Shown here: one piece after another, positions 16,821-25,012 of the stretch
Position numbering within the stretch: position 1 is the first letter of the stretch
Layout: each line of letters starts with the position of its first letter
Source: Melioribacter sp.
GTDB lineage: Bacteria > Bacteroidota > Ignavibacteria > Ignavibacteriales > Melioribacteraceae
NCBI GenBank assembly: GCA_018333725.1
Contig: JAGXSM010000094.1
Span: 1 to 41,933, forward strand
Direction: 5' to 3'
Length of the DNA: 41,933 bases
The notes under the pieces: model-generated
Database searches by the model: none
What the model was told of the DNA's origin: nothing
Seen by the model: the letters and a program-made list of their open reading frames with translations, nothing else
Program-made: the position numbers and the translations under genes

Positions 16821-18656
16821 TTAATCAACCACTATTTCCATCAGACAATCTTTGCAGTTGAAGTGCAATCGATATTTTCTGCTCTCGTTTACCAGGAAGA
16901 GCGGTTCATCAACTTTTCTATCGGTATCAAACGGACAAAGTCCAAGTTCATCCTTAATACAGTATTTACAGGTCATTACGGTCTTACCCGAATGATTTTT
17001 CTGCAATTCATATCCAGGTTCAATTTCCAGCGCACCGTGTTCTCTATAAAATTTTTCTGATAGCTTGTTAGTAATGTTGAATTTATAATCGAGATTGCCG
17101 TCGGGGACTTTTAGTTCTGAGTTCGTCGTTCTTTGTTCAGTGTTCTTTTGGGGATTCTCAATTTTATATTTTTCAAAACGTTCTCCTTCAAGTTTCTGCA
17201 AGATTTTTCTTCTCATTTCATTAATTGAGCTTATCTGTATGAATAGCGGTTTATCGAAGATTACCTTCACCATATCAATTTCGAAAATTGTATCACCGCT
17301 CTTTGCAAATTGTTTCTTTATTGTTTCAGTTGCCCTTTCCGGATTGGTGGCAATTTCTTTTTGCAGTTCAAAATCTTCTGAAACAGCTACACCGTCTTCA
17401 TCTTTAGCTGTTACCTTGAGACCGTTTTCAATATCTTCAATTGTTATCTCTGTTTTAATTTTTCTTTTGCATTCCCTTTCCAAAAGCTTTTCAAATGAAT
17501 GATCGTAGTTCCGGTAAATTTTCGTTCCGGGTTTTATTCCATTTAATTCATCTGTATAAACCGCTTTTCCTTCAATTCGATTAACATACATTCCAACTAA
17601 TTCGCCCTTGTTATTGTAGTAACATAATCCATCTCCGTTAGAAATTTTATCGTTTGTTCCGATCACAAAACCCTTTTTGTTCACTTCAATAACCTTACCT
17701 AAATATTTACCGGTTGACTTGGGTGAATCGTGTGATGAAACATGATCAGTTCTATCATTAAAAAAGTAAGTTGTATAACCCCTGTTGAATGTTCTTTCGG
17801 GATCGGGTTCAAAGGGAATAATTGAATAACCCGATGATGCACGAGTATAATTATTGTTATTTCTTATTATGTCATCAATCTGCTGACGGTAGAACGACGT
17901 AATATTTTTAACGTAACTAACATCTTTTAACCGACCCTCTATTTTGAAAGAAGTAATTCCGGCATCAACAAGATCATTCAAATATTCTGAAAGATTCAAA
18001 TCGCGGAGTGAGAGAAGATGCTTGTTTTCAATCATCACTTTACCGCTTGCATCAACAAGCGAATATGGAAGCCGGCAGTTTTGAGCACACTCGCCACGGT
18101 TTGCGCTCCTTCCCGTAAGCTCTTCGCTCATATAACACTGACCGCTAAGACTAACACACAATGCGCCATGGACAAAAAATTCAAGTTCCGCGTTTACTTC
18201 ATTTTTAATTTTTTTTATCTCATCACTTGTAAGTTCTCGCGCAAGAATAATTCTTTTAATTCCAACATTGTCTAAAAATTTTATCCGTTCAACTTCGTAA
18301 TTGTGAGTTTGAGTAGAGGCGAAGAGTTGAACCGGGGGCAACTCCATTTCTAAAAGAGCCATATCCTGAAAAATCACCGCGTCAACTTTCATATCATAAA
18401 GCTTAGTAATTAAATTGCGGACATCTTCAAGCTCGTCATCATAAATAATGGTATTAACTGTTACATATACTTTCGCCCAGTATTTATGTGCATATTCAAT
18501 AAGTTTTCTTATATCCTCAAGAGAATTTCCGGCAGCAGCGCGCGCACCATATTGAGGAGCGCCTATATAAACGGCATCGGCTCCGCAATTAATTGCAGCA
18601 ATTCCAGTTTCAAGATCTTTGGCGGGTGAAAGAAGTTCTAATTTTATATTTGACAT
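16821..18656 (-). CDS. U32-family protein (long YdcP/RlhA-like form)
   Basis: 611-aa ORF. The U32 N-terminus is LELLSPAKDLETGIAAINCGADAVYIG..PQYGARAAAGN. It carries a C-x6-C-x15-C-x3-C cluster (CVSLSGQCYMSEELTGRSANRGECAQNC) and a long C-terminal extension. Confidence 0.85.
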   Translation of the reverse strand: MSNIKLELLSPAKDLETGIAAINCGADAVYIGAPQYGARAAAGNSLEDIRKLIEYAHKYWAKVYVTVNTIIYDDELEDVRNLITKLYDMKVDAVIFQDMALLEMELPPVQLFASTQTHNYEVERIKFLDNVGIKRIILARELTSDEIKKIKNEVNAELEFFVHGALCVSLSGQCYMSEELTGRSANRGECAQNCRLPYSLVDASGKVMIENKHLLSLRDLNLSEYLNDLVDAGITSFKIEGRLKDVSYVKNITSFYRQQIDDIIRNNNNYTRASSGYSIIPFEPDPERTFNRGYTTYFFNDRTDHVSSHDSPKSTGKYLGKVIEVNKKGFVIGTNDKISNGDGLCYYNNKGELVGMYVNRIEGKAVYTDELNGIKPGTKIYRNYDHSFEKLLERECKRKIKTEITIEDIENGLKVTAKDEDGVAVSEDFELQKEIATNPERATETIKKQFAKSGDTIFEIDMVKVIFDKPLFIQISSINEMRRKILQKLEGERFEKYKIENPQKNTEQRTTNSELKVPDGNLDYKFNITNKLSEKFYREHGALEIEPGYELQKNHSGKTVMTCKYCIKDELGLCPFDTDRKVDEPLFLVNESRKYRLHFNCKDCLMEIVVD

Positions 18657-18785
18657 TAATTACTTTCAGACTTAACAAAAAGATTTTCTATATCACCCCA
18701 AAGATATTAGGAATCTTTCGTTTTTTCACACAAGTTGAAGAACAAATTCAACCCTGAAATAAAATATTAAGTGCCGCCAAAATAC

Positions 18786-19220
18786 TTACTGCATTTTCAT
18801 CATAGTAAGAGTTATCTTTCCTTTCACACTAGACAACGTAGCCATAGTTCCATCTTTTGCTCTCCAGAAACAATTACGGATACCTGAATCTTCCTCGTCA
18901 TTCTGAGTTTTACCAAACTTTGCAGTTACTCCATTATAAATGAGATCAAAGAGTTTTTTGTTTTGCTCGGAGTTCTTACTTTCTCTTGATAATTCCTGTT
19001 TCATTATTTTTCCTTCTTTAGTAATGAAATAGGAAATTTTAGCCGGTATTCTATCCAGCTTCTCATCAACTATCTTTTTTTTAAGATCCGTCATTGCCTG
19101 AAATCTTTTGTAGTCATAATTCTCAAATTTCTCGTCCAAATATTTTTCAAATGAAAACTGGGCGAGTACTTTGCCCGCTGCAAATAGAATTAATACTATT
19201 ATTAAAGCTTGTTTTTTCAT
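18786..19220 (-). CDS. hypothetical secreted protein (144 aa)
   Basis: It has a signal peptide (MKKQALIIVLILFAAGKVLAQ). No recognisable domain. Confidence 0.5.
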   Translation of the reverse strand: MKKQALIIVLILFAAGKVLAQFSFEKYLDEKFENYDYKRFQAMTDLKKKIVDEKLDRIPAKISYFITKEGKIMKQELSRESKNSEQNKKLFDLIYNGVTAKFGKTQNDEEDSGIRNCFWRAKDGTMATLSSVKGKITLTMMKMQ

Positions 19221-19384
19221 TTCATGCTCCTATATTAAGTTTATTTTCCGTTTTTTAGACTTATAAACTAAAATAGATCCAGATATTATTATTCTTAAGT
19301 TGTTACTCGATTTAAGTTCTATTCATTTTTGAGATTTCTCATTTTAAAATAACACTCACGTTTTGCAAAACAACAAATGAATGA

Positions 19385-21532
19385 TCACCAAATCCTAACC
19401 GCACATCCTCCGCCCGGTGCAAGTTTTATTTTTAAAACATCTTTCGATGAAACACTCTTTGATGTTATTTCGTAAGCCATCGGATTTTTTTCCCAATGCG
19501 CATCTTTGGCGTCGGCATAAATTTCTGCAGTATATTTTCTATCACTATCTAAAAACGATAATGGAATTATTGCTGTTCTTTCACTCTCGTCTGTTATCGC
19601 GCCGATAAACCATTCATTCTTTCCTTTTGTTTTACGTGCTACCGTAACATAATCTCCCGGTTCCGCTTCAATATATTTTGTGTCGTCCCAATCAACTGCT
19701 ACATCTTTTATGAATTGAAAAGCATCCATAAACCGTTCGTAATTTTCAGGATAGTCCGCTGCCATCTGCAGTGGTGAATACATTGTAACATAGAGTGCAA
19801 GCTGTTTTGAAAGCGTAGTATGAACCTGCTCTTTTTTATCCGGATTGTAATAGCTCATCTTAATCTGGAAAATTCCCGGAGTATAATCCATTGGTCCGCC
19901 CATCAATCGTGTAAACGGAAGAATCGTTTCATGTTCGGGAGGATTACCGACACTCCACGCATTAAACTCGTTGCCGCGTGCCGATTCGCATGCAAGCCAG
20001 TTTGGATATGTACGGTGCAAACCCGTTGGTCTTACTGCTTCATGCGCATTCAACATTAACTTGTTCTTTGCAAGTCGTTCTGCAACACGGACGTAATGTT
20101 GAACCATCCATTGACCGTCATGAAATTCACCGCGCGGAATTATCCGTGCAACGTAACCGGTTTTAACAGCCGGGTATCCGTACTTCTTCATAAACTCATA
20201 TGCTTCATCCATCCGTCTTTCGTAATTAGTAACCGATGAAGAAGTTTCGTGATGCATAATCATCTTAACTCCTTTTGATGATGCATACCTGGAAATCTCT
20301 TCAACATCAAAGTCGGGATACGGAGTAACAAAATCGAATACCTCCTCTTTCCATTTACCGAACCAGTCCTCCCATCCAACATTCCAGCCTTCAACAAGAA
20401 CACCATCGAATCCATGCTGGGCGGCAAAATCAATATACCGTTTAGTCCGTTCCGTGGTGGCGCCATGTATTCCATTCGGTTTAAGACTTTTCCAATCGGT
20501 TAAAGATAAGCTTACATTGTTTACATCGGCATAATTCCACGATGCTGTACCAACGTGCATTTCCCACCAGATGCCTATGTACTTCATCGGTTTAATCCAG
20601 CTTGTATCATCAATCTTTGAGGGCTCGTTAAGATTCAGAATTGTTTTAGATGCAAGGATGTCTGTCGCTTTATCACTCACAATTACTGTTCTCCATGGCG
20701 TTTTGCAAGGTGTCTGCATATAAGCTTTGTTACCCACAGCATCCGGAACGAGATGAGAAGTAAGAACAAAATTTGACTGATCAACTTCGAGATGCATTGC
20801 CGGGTAATCTACCAGCGCTGCTTCAAAAATGTTGATATACAGTCCTTCGGATGATTTCATCATCAGCGGCGATTGAACAAAGTTTTTACCGATTAATGTT
20901 TTTGAAAAGATCTCATTCACATTTCTTGAATATGTTGCATCAATCTTACTAAGCGGTGATTTTGAATAGTAATATTCATTCGTGTCATAATCGCCGGGAA
21001 TCCAGAAAGCAACGTGATCCCCTGTTAAACTGAATTGTGTTAGTTCATCTGCAACCGTGAAGTAATTCAGATTATCCTGCATCGGAAATTCATAACGGAA
21101 ACCGAGTCCATCATTAAAGAGCCGGAAGCGGATTGTCATTTGCCGGTTATTTACAGAGGGTTGGGAAAGTGTAACTGATAATTCTTTGTAATTATTACGA
21201 ATTGTTTTTACTTCACCCCAGACGGGATTCCATGTTTCCTCAACTGATGCTGTATCAATTTTAGTAATAGTAAAGCCTCGATCAAGAGAAGGAACCTGAT
21301 TTGTACTTTGTGAAAATTTATCAACACCCGTCTTTTCATACATGTCTTTCAGCATCAACCCTAACCGGCTTTCTTTTATCACCTTATACTTCCCATAAGT
21401 AAGTTGATAGGTTGGAATTCCTTCATCGGTTAAATTGAATGTTAATGCTAGTTTGCCATCAGGAGATTTTATTGATTGTGAATTAACTATTGAAGATGAT
21501 ATAATTAACAAAATTATAAAAATGCGCTTCAT
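19385..21532 (-). CDS. GH97 glycoside hydrolase (SusB-like alpha-glucosidase)
   Basis: 715-aa ORF with a signal peptide. GH97-typical blocks are present: FDGVLVEGWNVGWEDW, IMHHETS, YPAVKTGYV, LNAHEAVRPTGLHRTYPNWLACESARGNE. Confidence 0.85.
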   Translation of the reverse strand: MKRIFIILLIISSSIVNSQSIKSPDGKLALTFNLTDEGIPTYQLTYGKYKVIKESRLGLMLKDMYEKTGVDKFSQSTNQVPSLDRGFTITKIDTASVEETWNPVWGEVKTIRNNYKELSVTLSQPSVNNRQMTIRFRLFNDGLGFRYEFPMQDNLNYFTVADELTQFSLTGDHVAFWIPGDYDTNEYYYSKSPLSKIDATYSRNVNEIFSKTLIGKNFVQSPLMMKSSEGLYINIFEAALVDYPAMHLEVDQSNFVLTSHLVPDAVGNKAYMQTPCKTPWRTVIVSDKATDILASKTILNLNEPSKIDDTSWIKPMKYIGIWWEMHVGTASWNYADVNNVSLSLTDWKSLKPNGIHGATTERTKRYIDFAAQHGFDGVLVEGWNVGWEDWFGKWKEEVFDFVTPYPDFDVEEISRYASSKGVKMIMHHETSSSVTNYERRMDEAYEFMKKYGYPAVKTGYVARIIPRGEFHDGQWMVQHYVRVAERLAKNKLMLNAHEAVRPTGLHRTYPNWLACESARGNEFNAWSVGNPPEHETILPFTRLMGGPMDYTPGIFQIKMSYYNPDKKEQVHTTLSKQLALYVTMYSPLQMAADYPENYERFMDAFQFIKDVAVDWDDTKYIEAEPGDYVTVARKTKGKNEWFIGAITDESERTAIIPLSFLDSDRKYTAEIYADAKDAHWEKNPMAYEITSKSVSSKDVLKIKLAPGGGCAVRIW

Positions 21533-21636
21533 ATTCGCCTCGGTTTTGATTTTCGTAAATGAAATGAAAAATCCGATTATAAATTATTGTGTAGTAAGGC
21601 TTTTTGCAAGAAATGAGTAAAAGAAAAGAATGACAC

Positions 21637-21713
21637 GCGGAGATCGCAGAGAACTCGCAAAAGCACGCCGAGTCTTTCTTTGCGGGCTCAGCGTTATACT
21701 TTGCGATCTCCGC
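21637..21713 (-). terminator. long GC-rich hairpin (REP-like), probable terminator of the cupin operon
   Basis: A perfect 12-bp inverted repeat, GCGGAGATCGCA (21637-21648) / TGCGATCTCCGC (21702-21713), encloses an inner CGCAAA(A)G/CTTTGCG pairing. On the minus strand it is followed by the T-rich run TCATTCTTTTCTTTT. Confidence 0.5.
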
Positions 21714-21742
21714 CAAAGGCAGACAAGTTTGCGAGATAATCT

Positions 21743-22072
21743 TTAGTCAACGATCAGCAATTTAACATAACCCTTTGTTCGTGATCGATGAGGGATGTCA
21801 TCATCGGCAACCTGGTAACTCATACCCGGTGAAAGCGTTGTTACTCGCCCGTCTTTAAGTTCTGTCATCAACTCGCCTTCCAGTACATACACAACATGAC
21901 CACGGCTGCACCAGTGATCCGCTAAATAATTTTCTGAGTATTCAACAATACGTACACGAAGATTCCCCTGCTCAAACGTTCTCCAGTATGCTTTGCCAGA
22001 TTCACCGGCAAATTCTTTCCTCTCTACTTTACTCCAATCGGTAATTGTGTAATTAACATTTTCAATTTTCAT
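21743..22072 (-). CDS. DHCW-motif cupin-fold protein
   Basis: The ATG at 22072 (MKIENVNY) lies 1 nt after the upstream stop codon. The cupin core reads LADHWCSRGHVVYVLEGEL...MSYQV. The track ORF extension to 22114 overlaps the upstream gene. Confidence 0.7.
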   Translation of the reverse strand: MKIENVNYTITDWSKVERKEFAGESGKAYWRTFEQGNLRVRIVEYSENYLADHWCSRGHVVYVLEGELMTELKDGRVTTLSPGMSYQVADDDIPHRSRTKGYVKLLIVD

Positions 22073-22073
22073 T

Positions 22074-22748
22074 TTAACTCCGGCTTTTCTTCTTTGGTTT
22101 GAACAAGCCTTCATCTATCGATCCTGTAAAACATAGATTAACAACTTCTTTATCAGCTTCACTCAAATCCTTTATCATTTTTTGGGTTAAGATAGGATAA
22201 TGTTTTATAGTGAATAAATAATCTCCTATAAATTCCAGGTCTTCTTCCGTTGTCATCCAGCTATACTTATCGAACCTCGAAAGATCAACCGGAGCGGAAT
22301 AACTCCGCAATGATTTATCACCCAGTGTATTAAAGTAGAAATCGAAGTAAGACATTACGAGTTCTCTAACCGTTCTATAAACCGGTTCGCGGAACCTTAG
22401 AACAGTTGTATTAGATTTTGCAACTGCGCCGTAGCAATTATTCTGCTTAAAGAGTGCAATAACATGGTCGTCATCGTTCTCTGCCATCAGATCAACTATC
22501 AATGGCTTGTGTCCCATTACCCTCAATGCTGCGGCTGCAAACAGTGCGCCTTCAAAACAATTTGCCTTTCTGCTCTTAATAATTTTTCTGGGAGAGCAGG
22601 TTATGTAATCCGGATTATAATCCGTCTCGTTCAAAAAATGCTGAATGCCAGTCGGGTTTTTTAATCTTTTGAGAAAATTAATTTCGTCAACTGAAAATTT
22701 TCCTGTTTCTTTTTTACTATTAAATTTAAGGTTCATTAGATTACTCAA
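22074..22748 (-). CDS. transglutaminase-like / papain-fold cysteine peptidase superfamily protein (putative)
   Basis: It has a Cys-His-polar arrangement: KANCFEGALFAAAALRVMGHKPLIV...DDDHVIALF...GAVAKSN. The TTG start at 22748 overlaps the M14 stop (TTGA). An alternative ATG lies at 22736. Confidence 0.5.
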   Translation of the reverse strand: MSNLMNLKFNSKKETGKFSVDEINFLKRLKNPTGIQHFLNETDYNPDYITCSPRKIIKSRKANCFEGALFAAAALRVMGHKPLIVDLMAENDDDHVIALFKQNNCYGAVAKSNTTVLRFREPVYRTVRELVMSYFDFYFNTLGDKSLRSYSAPVDLSRFDKYSWMTTEEDLEFIGDYLFTIKHYPILTQKMIKDLSEADKEVVNLCFTGSIDEGLFKPKKKSRS

Positions 22749-24376
22749 AATTTTTCCGACTTAATCTCAACTTTATTCATCACCTTATAAACCGGATACG
22801 GTAGAAATCCCCCGCCCCACTGAGGCACCAGATAGTTATCAAAGAAATTCCAGTGAAGGAGTCCGTCGTCTGTTTCCGGCTCCAGAAGATATGCTGCAAC
22901 ATTTGCAAGCGGCTGGGCTAACCGGACAAGAATTGTTCCTTTATCAAACTTTTTCTTCTCGGCAACAAACTCACCTTTAATAACATTGTTATAATGACCC
23001 TGATTAAGCCGCTGTTCCGGTTTTAATTCTTTTATTTTGAAAGTCTGAATCTCTAATTCGGTATCTGATACAAGTTTTTCAAATTTTATTCCGTTGGTTT
23101 TTAAAACATTTACAACCTTCGGATCCTTCACTGTTAGCAGATAAGCATACGGAAGCTTTACCTGTTTAGTTGGAAGGTAATCTGCTAAATAAGGAACAGT
23201 AACAACTTTTTTTACATCTGTCGGGAATAATCTCTCTCTTCCGTTTGCATCTTTGCGGGTTTCTAATTCGTATGTATTAACAGTTATAGGAACTTTAGTT
23301 GGCACAACTTTAGATTCAATTGCGAGTGAATCATTAACAGAAATATTATTGCCGCGTGCAATTGTCTTTTCGTCTACATCTCTTAATGTTTTTTTTATTT
23401 CATCTTTGTTCGCAATTACATTTTCAAGAATTGACCAGAGCAAATTATAAGTTCCGATTACGCGGTCCTTAAACTCAGAATAAACATAATTCTCATTTAA
23501 TATTCCGATGCGGTTACGAAGACCAACATAATTAACAATGTAACGCGGTTCGTAGGCATAAGAGATCCATCCCTTGGAATGATCGCGTTGATCAACGAAT
23601 TCACCGTAATATAAATTCATAGTGTTATACTTATTAGATAACGTTTTAGAAATTGCCGGCATCAATTTATCGCGGGTATAAGCAATCAAAGAAGTATCAC
23701 CGGCGGGATTCATCATCCATGTAAATGAAACGGGCTCCTGTCGGTACGATCCGTTTGTTGTGTGAAGATCAACAAAAACAGCGGGGTCCCACTTATTAAA
23801 TGCATCGAGCAGACCTTTTACTTCCGGAGTTTCAACTTTCATTGCGTCGCGGTTCAAATCCAGATTCTGTCCGTTGTAGCGGATTCCAACACCGTTCTTA
23901 GGTCCTTTCTGATGCGCCCGGTTTGAGGTACTTATCAATTCATTGCCGTCGGCGTTAAAGATCGGGCAGACAAGAAGAACAACATCCTTCAATAATTCTT
24001 TTTTGTTCAACAATAAATCTCTTACAAACATAAGTGCGGCTTCTTTACCCTCAACCTCCCCGGCGTGTATATTCCCCTGAATGTAAAAAACAATTCTTTT
24101 GTCATTCTTCAAATCAACCGGGGATTTTGGTAATGGATTACCAATAATCATCAATGGAACGTTGCGTCCTTCGGTAGTAACCGCCAAAGTTTCTGTTCTA
24201 ATATTTTTTGATAGTTTATTTAACGAGTTAATAAAACTCATAACATCGCCGTAACGGGATGTTGATTCGTAATTAGAACTTTCAGCTACGGTTATCGGTA
24301 GATTTTTGTTTGATTGACCATTTAATAATGATATTGTTATAAAAAGCAGAGCAAGTACATGTAGTGGGAAGTGCAT
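22745..24376 (-). CDS. M14-family zinc carboxypeptidase, secreted
   Basis: 543-aa ORF with a signal peptide. Motifs: H-x-x-E (GNIHAGEVEG), NADGNE, NLDLNRD, and a third zinc-ligand context FVDLHTTNGS. Confidence 0.85.
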   Translation of the reverse strand: MHFPLHVLALLFITISLLNGQSNKNLPITVAESSNYESTSRYGDVMSFINSLNKLSKNIRTETLAVTTEGRNVPLMIIGNPLPKSPVDLKNDKRIVFYIQGNIHAGEVEGKEAALMFVRDLLLNKKELLKDVVLLVCPIFNADGNELISTSNRAHQKGPKNGVGIRYNGQNLDLNRDAMKVETPEVKGLLDAFNKWDPAVFVDLHTTNGSYRQEPVSFTWMMNPAGDTSLIAYTRDKLMPAISKTLSNKYNTMNLYYGEFVDQRDHSKGWISYAYEPRYIVNYVGLRNRIGILNENYVYSEFKDRVIGTYNLLWSILENVIANKDEIKKTLRDVDEKTIARGNNISVNDSLAIESKVVPTKVPITVNTYELETRKDANGRERLFPTDVKKVVTVPYLADYLPTKQVKLPYAYLLTVKDPKVVNVLKTNGIKFEKLVSDTELEIQTFKIKELKPEQRLNQGHYNNVIKGEFVAEKKKFDKGTILVRLAQPLANVAAYLLEPETDDGLLHWNFFDNYLVPQWGGGFLPYPVYKVMNKVEIKSEKF

Positions 24377-24460
24377 TTAATTATCCTTTATTCAGTTTAT
24401 TACTACATAAAAATAAAATTGTTATTTTGATATATCAATTGAAGCGCGAAAGATTATTTA

Positions 24461-24997
24461 ATGAGAACTTCTATCAATGAGCTGATTGCCGGTTATAGAG
24501 AAATAATAAACAGGGCAAAGCAATTATCCGGCGATGTATCATTCGAACAAATTAATAAGAAGCCTTCGCCAAAAAGCTGGAGCGCTGCCGAGTGTTTTGT
24601 TCATCTTAATAATTATGCCGATGCTTATTTGAAAAACACGAAGATGGATTTCTCAATTAAAAATGATGATGATACAGAGAAGGATTTCGTTCCAAGATTT
24701 CTTCCGGCAAAATTTATTAAAGCTGTTGGACCCGATGTTAAAGTTAAACTGAAATCGATTCATGTGAATGAATCCGCAAAGAGCAATGTAGATAAGAATG
24801 TTATTGATCAGTTCATCTTTTACCAGAAAGAATTTCTGGATATTTTAGATAAAGCTTCTTTTAACGATTTGAAAACAATTAAAGTTGCTTCACCATTTGC
24901 AAAATTTTTGAAATTTCAGCTCGGAGAAATGCTGCTATTAACGCTCTATCACCAGCAAAGGCATTTGAATCAGGCAGAAAGAGCGATTAACTCATAA
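24461..24997 (+). CDS. DinB-superfamily protein
   Basis: 178-aa ORF with four-helix-bundle His contexts (AECFVHLNNY, YHQQRHLNQAE). Confidence 0.6.
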   Translation: MRTSINELIAGYREIINRAKQLSGDVSFEQINKKPSPKSWSAAECFVHLNNYADAYLKNTKMDFSIKNDDDTEKDFVPRFLPAKFIKAVGPDVKVKLKSIHVNESAKSNVDKNVIDQFIFYQKEFLDILDKASFNDLKTIKVASPFAKFLKFQLGEMLLLTLYHQQRHLNQAERAINS

Positions 24998-25012
24998 CAA
25001 ATAGATGTAAAC

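Noticed and set aside
17095-17502. 135-aa ORF antisense to the U32 gene. Similar antisense or shadow ORFs occur at 6377-6622, 7217-7447, 15866-16169, 19820-20166, 31252-31659 and 39100-39552, among others.
   Set aside because: They lie entirely inside longer ORFs with strong family signatures on the opposite strand. They have low-complexity or hydrophobic, domain-free translations, so they are treated as non-coding shadows.
21483-21716. 77-aa ORF on the minus strand.
   Set aside because: It overlaps the GH97 start and is read through the GC-rich palindromic element. It has no RBS or recognisable domain, and is most likely an artefact of the repeat.
22073-22114. Upstream extension of the cupin ORF (MKACSNQRRKAGVK...).
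   Set aside because: It overlaps the 3' end of the preceding gene. The ATG at 22072 directly follows that gene's stop and gives a normal-length cupin.
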